From contig JAGBEP010000010.1 of assembly GCA_017936925.1 (NCBI GenBank), positions 15,105-79,104 of the forward strand: DNA of 64,000 bases, written 5' to 3'. This DNA comes from Clostridia bacterium (GTDB lineage Bacteria > Bacillota > Clostridia > TANB77 > CAG-508). The notes beneath the pieces were generated by a model. That model saw nothing but the letters and a program-made list of their open reading frames with translations. It was not told the origin of the DNA and made no database searches. Made by a program: the position numbers and the translations under genes. Shown piece after piece: positions 10,634-19,421 of the stretch (positions within the stretch are counted from its first letter, which is position 1; the number at the start of each line of letters is the position of its first letter).

Positions 10634-10666
10634 GAAATAATGATAAAAAAAGAAAAATATACAGCT

Positions 10667-11392
10667 TTATTGCTGTATATTTTTTATACCTAAGTCTTCA
10701 GATATTCTAAGTAAATATCCATCAGGATCTTGTACTAGAAATTCTTTTGAACCTAATAGTTGATCTCCTTGACGATACCAGTTTTCTTCTATGTCAAATG
10801 CTATTTGATAATTGTGAGATGTTAGTGATTTGTAAATTAATTCTAAATTTGTTACATCTAGTTGAAAGTTTATTCCATTTCCAAATGGGTAGGTTAGTTT
10901 ACCAATATCCCATTTATTGTTTTTGCTAATTTCTTGTAACATGAATTGTACTTTTCCTAGTGATATAAATGCAAATTTGTTTTCTTTTCGTTCATAATTT
11001 ATTTTAAATCCTAAAGTCTGATAAAATTTTAAACTTTTTTCTAAGTTACTGACTGAAAGTTCAGGTAATGTTGCGTTAAATTCTAAATAGTTTTTGGGTC
11101 TAATTATTATATGATGAAAATATTGTTCTTGAAATTCTAATAAAGCTTCTATTTGTTCATTGGTATAGTTTTTTCCTTCTGGAACAATAATAAGCTTGTC
11201 ATCATCATCATTGTTTCTATGTATTATTGCTATACATTTTCCAGTAAATGTTTCTACTGGATTAAAAACTCCTAAGATATAACAGTCTAATGGTTCACCA
11301 TCTCCGCTTGTTGTATTAGGAATATATCCATAGTTTAACGGATATATGGAAGAGCTATATTTTGGATGGCTTGATCCGAATTTGCCTATCAA
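10667..11392 (-). CDS. fusion protein: family I inorganic pyrophosphatase-like N-domain (partial or degenerate) plus VOC/glyoxalase-type C-domain. Probably frameshifted at the 5' end.
   Basis: NYGYIPNTTSGDGEPLDCYIL resembles the PPase core NYGYI..DGDP-D-VLV with D to E at the third signature position. EALLEFQEQYF resembles the PPase C-terminal helix. The C-terminal half LSVSNLEKSLKFYQTLGFKI...DPDGYLLRI is glyoxalase/VOC-like. The main ORF has no ATG. An RBS-supported ATG at 11438 opens a 27-aa ORF in the -1 frame that resembles PPase strand 1. Confidence 0.55.
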   Translation of the reverse strand: MIGKFGSSHPKYSSSIYPLNYGYIPNTTSGDGEPLDCYILGVFNPVETFTGKCIAIIHRNNDDDDKLIIVPEGKNYTNEQIEALLEFQEQYFHHIIIRPKNYLEFNATLPELSVSNLEKSLKFYQTLGFKINYERKENKFAFISLGKVQFMLQEISKNNKWDIGKLTYPFGNGINFQLDVTNLELIYKSLTSHNYQIAFDIEENWYRQGDQLLGSKEFLVQDPDGYLLRISEDLGIKNIQQ

Positions 11393-11486
11393 TTTGTACG
11401 GTTAAAATTTTATTTAAATATGTAGATGTTTTTTCCATAAAATAATCTCCTTAAAAATTTGTTAAAAATATTATAAGAATATTTTT

Positions 11487-11510
11487 TTAATATTGCAATT
11501 GCAATATTAA
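11487..11510. promoter_or_regulatory. perfect 24-bp palindrome TTAATATTGCAATTGCAATATTAA in the divergent intergenic region (PPase-VOC gene / murI)
   Basis: The sequence is its own reverse complement. A second inverted repeat AAAATATT-N5-AATATTTT lies at 11464-11484. Confidence 0.5.
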
Positions 11511-11559
11511 TATTTTATATATATAATATCAATAAATTTGGCAAGAAAGGAAGAAAAAA

Positions 11560-12363
11560 ATGAATAATAGCCCTATTGGCGTATTTGATTCGGGATTAGG
11601 CGGGTTAAATGTTTTAAAAGAATTGATAGTAGAATTGCCTAATGAAAAATATATATATTTGGGTGATACAAAAAGATTTCCTTATGGTCAAAAGTCTACA
11701 GAATCAATAATTGAAATTGTAAAAGAAAATATTGAATTTTTAATTCAAAAAGGTGTTAAAATAGTTGTTATTGCTTGTGGAACGGCAACAAGTCAGGCTT
11801 TAGATGTTGTAAAGAATTTGTATGATATTCCGATTATAGGAATAATTGAACCAACAGTTCTGAACTTGAGGGAAAGAATAGAAGAAAGTAATAATATGAT
11901 AGGAGTTATAGCTACTAAGGGAACTATTAGAAGTTGTGCTTGGGAAAAGAAAATTTCTGAGTATATGCCTAATGCAGAAATTATTAGTGAAGCGGCTCCA
12001 TTACTTGCTACTATGGCAGAAGAGGGATGGACTAATAATAAGGTAGCAGAATATACAGTAAAAGAATATATGAAAATTTTCAAAAATGTTGACAAACTTA
12101 TTTTAGGATGTACACATTATCCATTGTTTAAAGAATTAATGCAAAAAGAGTTGCCTCATAAAACTGAAATTGTAGATACAGGTGTTGAACTTGCAAAATA
12201 CTTAAAAAAGAAAATCTCGGGATATGATTTAGAGACTTCTAATACAGAGATTGGTGGATATGAAATTTATTTAACGGATGTTAATGAAGAATTTGCTAAT
12301 AGTGCAACTGGTATTTTATCAGATTATATTGATATTAGCCAAATTAATAAAGTTGAATTATAA
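11560..12363 (+). CDS. murI: glutamate racemase
   Basis: GVFDSGLGGLNVLKEL N-terminal motif, CGTAT and GCTHYP active-site regions. Confidence 0.9.
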   Translation: MNNSPIGVFDSGLGGLNVLKELIVELPNEKYIYLGDTKRFPYGQKSTESIIEIVKENIEFLIQKGVKIVVIACGTATSQALDVVKNLYDIPIIGIIEPTVLNLRERIEESNNMIGVIATKGTIRSCAWEKKISEYMPNAEIISEAAPLLATMAEEGWTNNKVAEYTVKEYMKIFKNVDKLILGCTHYPLFKELMQKELPHKTEIVDTGVELAKYLKKKISGYDLETSNTEIGGYEIYLTDVNEEFANSATGILSDYIDISQINKVEL

Positions 12364-12374
12364 GGAGAGAAAAA

Positions 12375-12949
12375 TGTTTGGTACAATTTTGGTTGTTATA
12401 TTATTAATTATTTTGGTAATATTTATTGTAATAATGTTTAATAAAATTGTAAAAAGCGGAAATGAAAATATCGTTGCTTTAAAAACATTAGATGTAGTTT
12501 TGAAAAAGAGATTAGACTTGATTCCAAATTTACAAGAAATAGTTAAAAGTTATACCGAACCAGAAAAAGTTACTTTAGATAGTATTGATGAAATGAAAAA
12601 TGCTTTATTAGTTAAAATGACAGTCAGTGACAGACAAAAATTAGAAGATAAATTTTCAGCACTTTTTAAAGATGTTTTTGATTCTGTTTCAAAATATCCT
12701 GCAATACAGAGTTCAGGCAATTTTGGTGTTCTAAAGAGCAAATTAACTGAAATAGAAAAAGAAATAGAGACAGTTAGAAGGGCTTATAATGATACTACAA
12801 GAAATTATAACGCTTTGATAAAAAAAGCTCCATACAATGTTTTGGCAGCAATACTTGGATATTCTAAAAGAAGTTTCTTTGATGTTGATTTATTGACAAA
12901 AGAAGAAGTGACGATAGATTTCGTTGATAGAAGGCAAGAAGAAAGATAA
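12375..12949 (+). CDS. lemA: LemA family protein
   Basis: N-terminal TM helix followed by the conserved LemA region. The ATG at 12375 with a GGAGAG RBS is preferred over the in-murI start at 12278 given in the ORF track. Confidence 0.7.
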
Positions 12950-12954
12950 AAATG

Positions 12955-12995
12955 ATAGTACACTAATTTTAGGTAATACTAATATTAGTGTACTA
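12955..12995 (+). terminator. hairpin TAGTACACTAAT...ATTAGTGTACTA after lemA
   Basis: 12-13 bp inverted repeat followed by TTTATTT. Confidence 0.5.
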
Positions 12996-13028
12996 TTTAT
13001 TTAAAATAAAATAATTAGCAATCTCGTA

Positions 13029-13057
13029 TTGACTTTGCTAAAATACAGTTGTATAAT
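13029..13057 (+). promoter_or_regulatory. sigma-A-like promoter TTGACT-17-TATAAT upstream of clpB
   Basis: TTGACT at 13029-13034 and TATAAT at 13052-13057. Confidence 0.5.
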
Positions 13058-13098
13058 TCTTTTATGAAAATAATAATGTGAAAAGTAGGTGAAATATT

Positions 13099-15687
13099 AT
13101 GGATATACAAAAATTAACTCAAAAATCTTTAGAGGTTATAAAGAAAGCACAATCAATTGCTATTGAACATGAAAATCAACAAGTTGAACAACTTCATTTA
13201 TTAGATGCTCTTTTGAAAGTTGAGGATAGTTTAATTCTTCAAATATTAAAAAGAATGAATGTTAATGAAAATTTTGTAAGTGCTGTTGATGACGAGGTTG
13301 CAAGATTACCTCAAGTAAAAGGAGACAGACAAGTAAATTCTATTTATATTACTCAGGATACTGATAGTGTATTAACAGAATCTGAAAAAGTGGCTAGTAA
13401 GATGAAAGATGAATATGTTTCTGTTGAACATTTAATGCTTGCATTATTTAATAAGGCAAATGATAAAATTAATGAATTATTTAAGTTATTTAATGTGAAA
13501 AAAAGTGAATTTTTGAAGGTGTTGCAAGAGGTTCGCGGAACGACACGTGTTACTTCTGATAATCCGGAAGAAACTTATGATGTTTTAAAAAAATATGGAA
13601 CAGATTTAGTTGAGCTTGCAAGAAATAATAAAATTGATCCTGTTATTGGAAGAGATGATGAAATAAGAAATGTTATAAGAATTTTATCTCGTAAAACAAA
13701 AAATAACCCTTGTTTGATTGGTGAACCTGGTGTTGAAAAAACAGCAATTGCTGAAGGATTGGCTTTAAGAATTGTTAGAGGAGATGTTCCTGAAGGTTTG
13801 AGAAATTGTACTATTTTTTCTCTAGATATGGGAGCTTTAGTTGCTGGTGCAAAATATATAGGTGAATTTGAAGAAAGATTAAAAGCTGTTCTTCAAGAGA
13901 TTAAAAAAAGTGAAGGAAGAATAATTTTATTTATTGATGAAATTCATACTATTGTTGGTGCTGGTCAAACTACTGGTGCTATGGATGCTGGAAATTTATT
14001 AAAACCAATGCTTGCTAGAGGAGAACTTCATTGTATTGGAGCTACTACATTAGATGAATACAGAAAATATATTGAAAAAGACTCTGCTTTAGAAAGAAGA
14101 TTTCAGCATGTATTGGTAGATGAGCCAACAGTTGAAGATACTATTTCTATTTTAAGAGGACTTAAAGAAAGATATGAAGTTTATCATGGTGTAGAGATTA
14201 CTGATAGTGCAATAATTACTGCAGCTACTCTTTCTAACAGATATATATCAGATAGGTTTTTACCAGATAAGGCAATAGATTTAATTGATGAGGCTTGCTC
14301 TATGATAAAGACTGAAATGGAGTCTATGCCTGCTGAGCTTGATGAAATTTCTCATAAAATTACTCAACTTCAAATAGAAGAAACAGCGCTAAAAAAAGAA
14401 AAGGATGAACCTTCTTTGGAAAGACTTGCAATAATCCAAAGAGATATTGCTAATATGCAAACTACTTTTGATGAAATGAAAACAAAATGGCAGAATGAGA
14501 AAGATGCTATATATAAAGCTCAAAAATTGCGTGAGGAGCTTGAACAATTAAATGCAGAAATTGAACTTGCTGAAAGAAATTATGATTTGAATAAAGCTGC
14601 AGAACTTAAATATGGAAAACTTCCTCAAATTCAAGAACAATTAAAAGTTCAAGAAGAACTTGAAGCAAAATCTAGAGAATCAAGTTTGCTTAGAACTAAG
14701 GTAACTGATGAAGAAATTACAAAAATTATTGCTAAATGGACGGGAATACCTGTTTCTAAGCTTGTTGAAAGTGAAAGGGATAAAATATTAAATTTAAGTG
14801 ATATTCTTCATAAGAAGATTATTGGTCAGGATGATGCAGTTACAAGAGTTACAGATGCAATTATTCGTTCAAGGGCTGGAATACAAGATCCTAATAGACC
14901 AATTGGTTCATTTATGTTTCTAGGACCTACAGGTGTTGGAAAAACAGGACTTGCTAAGGCATTGGCAGAGGCTTTGTTTGATGATGAGCACAATATAATT
15001 AGAATTGATATGTCTGAATATATGGAAAAATATTCGGTTTCTAAGTTAATTGGTGCAGCTCCAGGTTATGTAGGATATGAGGAAGGCGGACAATTGACAG
15101 AAGCTGTTAGAAGAAAACCATATAGTGTTGTGTTATTTGATGAAATAGAAAAGGCTCATCCTGACATATTTAATGCTTTGCTTCAAGTTCTTGATGATGG
15201 TAGAATTACTGATTCACAAGGTAGAGTAATTGACTTTAAAAATACTATTATTATTTTAACTTCTAATTTGGGTTCTGATATTATTTTAAATGGCATTGAT
15301 AAAGAGGGAAATATTAGTAAAGAAGCAGAAGAAAAAGTCGATGATTTATTGAAACATACATTTAGACCCGAGTTTTTGAATCGTCTAAATGAAATTATAT
15401 TGTACAAACCTTTAAAGAAAGATGAAATTGAAAAGATTTTGGATATTGAAATTTTAGAATTGAACAAGAGATTAGATGATAGAAAAATAAAAATTGTGCT
15501 TGATGAAAATGCTAAAAATTATTTAATAGATAATGGTTATGATGCAGTTTATGGTGCAAGACCTTTAAAGAGATTTGTGCAGAAAAAACTTGAAACTTTA
15601 GTTGCTAGAAAAATTTTGGAACAGATAATTGTTCCTAATTCAGAAGTTTTAATAGGATATGATGGAAATCAGTTGACTATTAATTAA
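13099..15687 (+). CDS. clpB: ATP-dependent chaperone ClpB
   Basis: Clp N-domain, two AAA+ modules (GEPGVGKTA and GPTGVGKTG Walker A), and a long middle coiled coil typical of ClpB. Confidence 0.95.
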   Translation: MDIQKLTQKSLEVIKKAQSIAIEHENQQVEQLHLLDALLKVEDSLILQILKRMNVNENFVSAVDDEVARLPQVKGDRQVNSIYITQDTDSVLTESEKVASKMKDEYVSVEHLMLALFNKANDKINELFKLFNVKKSEFLKVLQEVRGTTRVTSDNPEETYDVLKKYGTDLVELARNNKIDPVIGRDDEIRNVIRILSRKTKNNPCLIGEPGVEKTAIAEGLALRIVRGDVPEGLRNCTIFSLDMGALVAGAKYIGEFEERLKAVLQEIKKSEGRIILFIDEIHTIVGAGQTTGAMDAGNLLKPMLARGELHCIGATTLDEYRKYIEKDSALERRFQHVLVDEPTVEDTISILRGLKERYEVYHGVEITDSAIITAATLSNRYISDRFLPDKAIDLIDEACSMIKTEMESMPAELDEISHKITQLQIEETALKKEKDEPSLERLAIIQRDIANMQTTFDEMKTKWQNEKDAIYKAQKLREELEQLNAEIELAERNYDLNKAAELKYGKLPQIQEQLKVQEELEAKSRESSLLRTKVTDEEITKIIAKWTGIPVSKLVESERDKILNLSDILHKKIIGQDDAVTRVTDAIIRSRAGIQDPNRPIGSFMFLGPTGVGKTGLAKALAEALFDDEHNIIRIDMSEYMEKYSVSKLIGAAPGYVGYEEGGQLTEAVRRKPYSVVLFDEIEKAHPDIFNALLQVLDDGRITDSQGRVIDFKNTIIILTSNLGSDIILNGIDKEGNISKEAEEKVDDLLKHTFRPEFLNRLNEIILYKPLKKDEIEKILDIEILELNKRLDDRKIKIVLDENAKNYLIDNGYDAVYGARPLKRFVQKKLETLVARKILEQIIVPNSEVLIGYDGNQLTIN

Positions 15688-15729
15688 ATTATATATATAA
15701 TTTAGAAAAAAGTTGAGGAGGAGAAAAAA

Positions 15730-16269
15730 ATGAAAGAAAAATTAATGGCGCACAAAAATCTTATTATTGGTTTGATTTTTGTAATTGTTGTAGCACTTGT
15801 AATAGTAGTAGTTGCTAATGTTGCTAAACCATCTTATAAGAAACAAATTAAACAATTTGCAGAAGCTTGTCAAAGCGAAGAAAAAATGGAGAAATATGTA
15901 AAGAAATATGTTAATTTAAGAGCATATTATGCTATGAATGAAGCAGAGGAACCTGAAGATTTCGAGAAAGAATACAAAAATGCTAAAAAGAAAGATTATA
16001 CTGACAGTGAGTTTATAGACGAAGTTGTTGAAGCGTTTAGTGAATATGTAATAGGGGATGAAGAAATTAAAATTTCTGATATACAGAAATTAGAGAATGT
16101 AACTGATGATGACGGTTTACTAGGTGAAACTCTTGCTGATATAAAAGGAATGAAAGTAGCAAAATGTACAATGAAATCAGAAGAACAAGAAGTAGATTGT
16201 TATGCATATTTTTATAAAGGAAAAATATTATTTATCATGCCAGACCTTACAGGTTTATTAAATTATTAG
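15730..16269 (+). CDS. small acidic membrane-anchored protein, member of a paralogous family (see findings)
   Basis: N-terminal TM. FAEACQSEEKMEKYVKKYVN, KEYKNAKKKD and FYKGKILFIM are shared with the 18222 and 52958 proteins. Confidence 0.6.
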   Translation: MKEKLMAHKNLIIGLIFVIVVALVIVVVANVAKPSYKKQIKQFAEACQSEEKMEKYVKKYVNLRAYYAMNEAEEPEDFEKEYKNAKKKDYTDSEFIDEVVEAFSEYVIGDEEIKISDIQKLENVTDDDGLLGETLADIKGMKVAKCTMKSEEQEVDCYAYFYKGKILFIMPDLTGLLNY

Positions 16270-16315
16270 AATAATGAAAATAGTAAAATATTAAAATTGT
16301 TTTATTTTAAAGATA

Positions 16316-16354
16316 AAAAGACGTATATAAGATTTTCTTATATACGTCTTTTTG
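16316..16354. terminator. bidirectional rho-independent terminator
   Basis: Perfect hairpin AAAAGACGTATATAAG-ATTTTC-TTATATACGTCTTTTT between convergent genes. Confidence 0.7.
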
Positions 16355-16393
16355 TATTTAGAAAAGCTTAGGAAAGATGAAAATATATTGATT

Positions 16394-16987
16394 TTATATT
16401 TTTACTAGGCAATTAAATATTATTTTTTCTAAATCAGTTGTATCATATACAGATTTTACACTAGCATCAAATATTTCTTTAGCAGTTGACTTTCTTAAAT
16501 CAAGTATATATCCATTTTTGTAAGCTAATTCTCTTATAAACTCTCGAATGGTTCGTCCATTTCCTTCTCGAAAAGGATGAAGTACGTTTAATTCTGATAA
16601 ATAGTAAGCTAATCTAATTGATAATTTTTCTTTGTCGTAATTTTCCAAATAATTTTCATTTTTTAATTCTAATAGTAATTTATCTAATTCACTTTCGATG
16701 AATTCCCAACTGGCAAAAGTAAATTCTCCTTTTGAAATATTTTCTGTTCTAAATTTTCCTGCAAATGGATATAAATCGCAAAATAAAAATTTATGAATTT
16801 CAATAAAATGTTTTTTGTCGAAAGTGTGTATTTTTGTATTTTGCCTTAGAATATAGGATTTGGCTAATACAATTTGTTTTTCTAGTTTAAATAATTTATT
16901 GCTATCATGGAGATCTAATTTGTTAATTAAGATATTTGTTCCAGGATAGCAATAAATTGAGTTATTTGTTTCATAAAAATTTTCCAT
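16394..16987 (-). CDS. Fic/Doc family protein (AMPylation-type Fic motif)
   Basis: Canonical HPFREGNGRTIR motif. AAGGAG RBS. The upstream partner's stop lies between the RBS and the ATG. Confidence 0.85.
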   Translation of the reverse strand: MENFYETNNSIYCYPGTNILINKLDLHDSNKLFKLEKQIVLAKSYILRQNTKIHTFDKKHFIEIHKFLFCDLYPFAGKFRTENISKGEFTFASWEFIESELDKLLLELKNENYLENYDKEKLSIRLAYYLSELNVLHPFREGNGRTIREFIRELAYKNGYILDLRKSTAKEIFDASVKSVYDTTDLEKIIFNCLVKI

Positions 16988-16988
16988 C

Positions 16989-17174
16989 TTAAACTCCTTT
17001 TAGAGTGTTATTTGTGATAATGTTTATCATTTCACTCTCAGAGATTTCATCATTTGAATATCTTTTTAATATTTCAAAATCTTCATCACTTATATTCATG
17101 TTTTCAATGGCAAAATCTTGTTTAAGATTGGCAATATCGAAGTTGAATTTTTCGTCTTTTGACATGTTAAACAT
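16989..17174 (-). CDS. small protein (61 aa) translationally coupled upstream of fic, a putative antitoxin or regulatory partner
   Basis: Strong AAGGAG RBS. Its stop is 1 nt from the fic ATG. No VbhA-like (S/T)xxxE(G/N) motif was found. Confidence 0.5.
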   Translation of the reverse strand: MFNMSKDEKFNFDIANLKQDFAIENMNISDEDFEILKRYSNDEISESEMINIITNNTLKGV

Positions 17175-17395
17175 TTGATTTCTCCTTTATTTTTAAAATC
17201 AGAAAGCTTTAAAATATTAAAACTCACTACATTTATATTATAACATAAATTGAGGGAAAATACTAGTTTTTTAGCTATTTTTCTTGATATTATTATAAAA
17301 AAATGAATTAAAAATTATTTGGCAAATTAAAAAATCTATTTACTTTTTTGAGGGAAATAAATATAATATTAAAAAATGATTATATGGAGGATTTA

Positions 17396-18163
17396 ATGAA
17401 AGAATTATTCAAAAATAAAAAGACTTTAATTCCTATTTTGATTGGAATTGCGATTGTTGTTATTGCAATTATTGCATTTGTAATTATAGCGATTACTAAT
17501 AATAGTTCATCTTCAAGAGTTTCAGAAATTTCTCTGGGTAATACTCAACCAACATCTAATGCTTTGGGAAATACTTATGGAATTGAGAATAAAGTAGATA
17601 ATGAGACTAATAATGAGGTAAAAAATGAAATAGATATAGATAAAGATTTCGGGATAGAAGATTTTTATCAAGATGCAGCTAAAAAATTTATTGCAGGTTG
17701 GCAAGATGAAGATGAAATGCAGGAATTTATAGATGATTATTTTGATGCACATGCATTTGTAGCTTATGATAATATTAATGGCGATGAAACTAGGTTTTTA
17801 GAAGAATATAATTCTATTTCTGATGATGATGAAGCTATAAGTGAGGTTACAGATATTTTATTATCTTTACCTTCTGCAATTGATCAAATTGCTGAATTGG
17901 CTGGTGAATTTTCTTCAATGGTAGAAAATTCAACTGATGAGAATATGGAAGATTTGGAAGATGAAGATTTTAATATTGTATTAAAAGATATTGATACTCC
18001 TGAAATGTCAGAAAAAGATGAAAATATTACTAAAATTACTTTAACTGTTGAGTTTATGGGTGATGAAGAAGAAATAATTATGGTATTTTATGGAGAAGTT
18101 GCTATCTATATGATGGATACAGATGGAAATTCAATTTTAGATGCTTATTCTCAAGAAGAATAA
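17396..18163 (+). CDS. acidic membrane-anchored protein (probable distant member of the paralog family)
   Basis: GGAGG RBS and ATG at 17396. N-terminal TM, then a D/E-rich extracytoplasmic region. Confidence 0.5.
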   Translation: MKELFKNKKTLIPILIGIAIVVIAIIAFVIIAITNNSSSSRVSEISLGNTQPTSNALGNTYGIENKVDNETNNEVKNEIDIDKDFGIEDFYQDAAKKFIAGWQDEDEMQEFIDDYFDAHAFVAYDNINGDETRFLEEYNSISDDDEAISEVTDILLSLPSAIDQIAELAGEFSSMVENSTDENMEDLEDEDFNIVLKDIDTPEMSEKDENITKITLTVEFMGDEEEIIMVFYGEVAIYMMDTDGNSILDAYSQEE

Positions 18164-18221
18164 TTGGGTAATTATATTAAAATAATTATATAAAAATAAA
18201 AGGGGAAAAGGAGAAGAAAAA

Positions 18222-18821
18222 ATGAGTGAACAAGTTAAAGAAAAAATTCTTGGGGTTTTTGGATTCTTGAAACAAAATAAGAAGATAGTTAAAATTGCAA
18301 TTGTAGTTGTTATTGCTATTATAGTTCTTGTAATTTTAGCTAATGTAGTATTTAGTGCCAAACCAAAAAAATATGAAGATAAAATAAAAGATTTGGCAAA
18401 AGCGTTATCTTCTGAAAGTAAGATGAAAGATTTAATTGAGGATAAGGTAATAGACCTTAGAGGAGCAGCTGCTTGGCTAGAGGCTGATCAAGATGCAGAT
18501 GATATGAATAAAGAGTATAAAAACATGAAAAAAGATGCGGACGAAGTTGAGGAAATGGAAGAAGCTTTAGTAAAATGGGCAGAGAACAATGAGTCTTCAA
18601 AAATTTCATATACAATAAAAAGCATAAAAGAACCTAAAAAAAGTGAAAAAAATAGTAAAATTTATACTGTAAGTGCCACTTTAGTTCCAGAGTATTCTAG
18701 TTCATATGCAAGTGATTCAGAATATTCTATAAAAATTACTTTTTATAAAGGAAAAATAGTTGATGTTATGTATAAAGATTCAAAAGCAAGTTTATTTGAA
18801 TCAGCTACTAAAATAAAATAA
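18222..18821 (+). CDS. small acidic membrane-anchored protein, paralog of the 15730 protein
   Basis: Shares KEYKNMKKD and ITFYKGKIVDVM with the 15730 protein. Confidence 0.6.
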   Translation: MSEQVKEKILGVFGFLKQNKKIVKIAIVVVIAIIVLVILANVVFSAKPKKYEDKIKDLAKALSSESKMKDLIEDKVIDLRGAAAWLEADQDADDMNKEYKNMKKDADEVEEMEEALVKWAENNESSKISYTIKSIKEPKKSEKNSKIYTVSATLVPEYSSSYASDSEYSIKITFYKGKIVDVMYKDSKASLFESATKIK

Positions 18822-18953
18822 GATTACTAATAATGTATGATAAAATATAAAAAAGCGTTTTAGATGAATTGATAAGAGTAAGTTTATTTAAAATGCTTTT
18901 CTTTTGCTTAAATAATGCTATAATGAATTATATTATTTTTTTAGGAGAGTTTT

Positions 18954-19415
18954 ATGAGAATTATTGATAGTTTTACTGATGAAGAAAAAGAAAAATTAGA
19001 AAATATTGGTGTTGAGCTTAGAGATAGAGAGTATGAAATATCTGAACTTAGAGATATTATGGATATAATAATGGATGCAGTTATGAATAATTTGGATGAA
19101 GATGGCGAATTTACTGAACTTGCTGAAGAGTATAATTGGATTCATGATAAAATGCTTCAAATCGAAGATGATGCTATGTATGAATCTGAGAATGTAATTA
19201 TTAGAGTATATTTTAATGATGAACAAATTGCTTTGCTTGAAGAAAATGATATCGATTTAGACAGGGAATATACGCTATCTGATTTGGAGAAACTTGAAGA
19301 TTTAGTTTATAATATAATGATGTCTAATTTGGATGAAAATGGTGAATTTACTGAACTTGCTGAAAAATATGAAAAGATTATTGATGTAATTGTAAAAATT
19401 GAAAATGAGATGTGA
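18954..19415 (+). CDS. highly acidic 153-aa protein with an internal tandem duplication
   Basis: NLDEDGEFTELAEEY and NLDENGEFTELAEKY modules are repeated. Stop is TGA, 6 nt before the next gene. Confidence 0.5.
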   Translation: MRIIDSFTDEEKEKLENIGVELRDREYEISELRDIMDIIMDAVMNNLDEDGEFTELAEEYNWIHDKMLQIEDDAMYESENVIIRVYFNDEQIALLEENDIDLDREYTLSDLEKLEDLVYNIMMSNLDENGEFTELAEKYEKIIDVIVKIENEM

Positions 19416-19421
19416 TAGGTA

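Noticed and set aside
12278-12374. Upstream start at 12278 for lemA, overlapping the murI 3' end
   Set aside because: The LemA N-terminus and TM begin at the ATG at 12375, which has its own GGAGAG RBS. The upstream extension is read in a different frame inside murI.
12955-13060. CtsR box or CIRCE element upstream of clpB
   Set aside because: The inverted repeat TAGTACACTAAT...ATTAGTGTACTA does not match CIRCE (TTAGCACTC-N9-GAGTGCTAA), and no tandem GGTCAAA CtsR repeat is present. It is better explained as the lemA terminator.
16989-17174. VbhA-type antitoxin assignment for the Fic partner
   Set aside because: The inhibitory (S/T)xxxE(G/N) motif is not present in the 61-aa sequence, so it is only called a putative partner.
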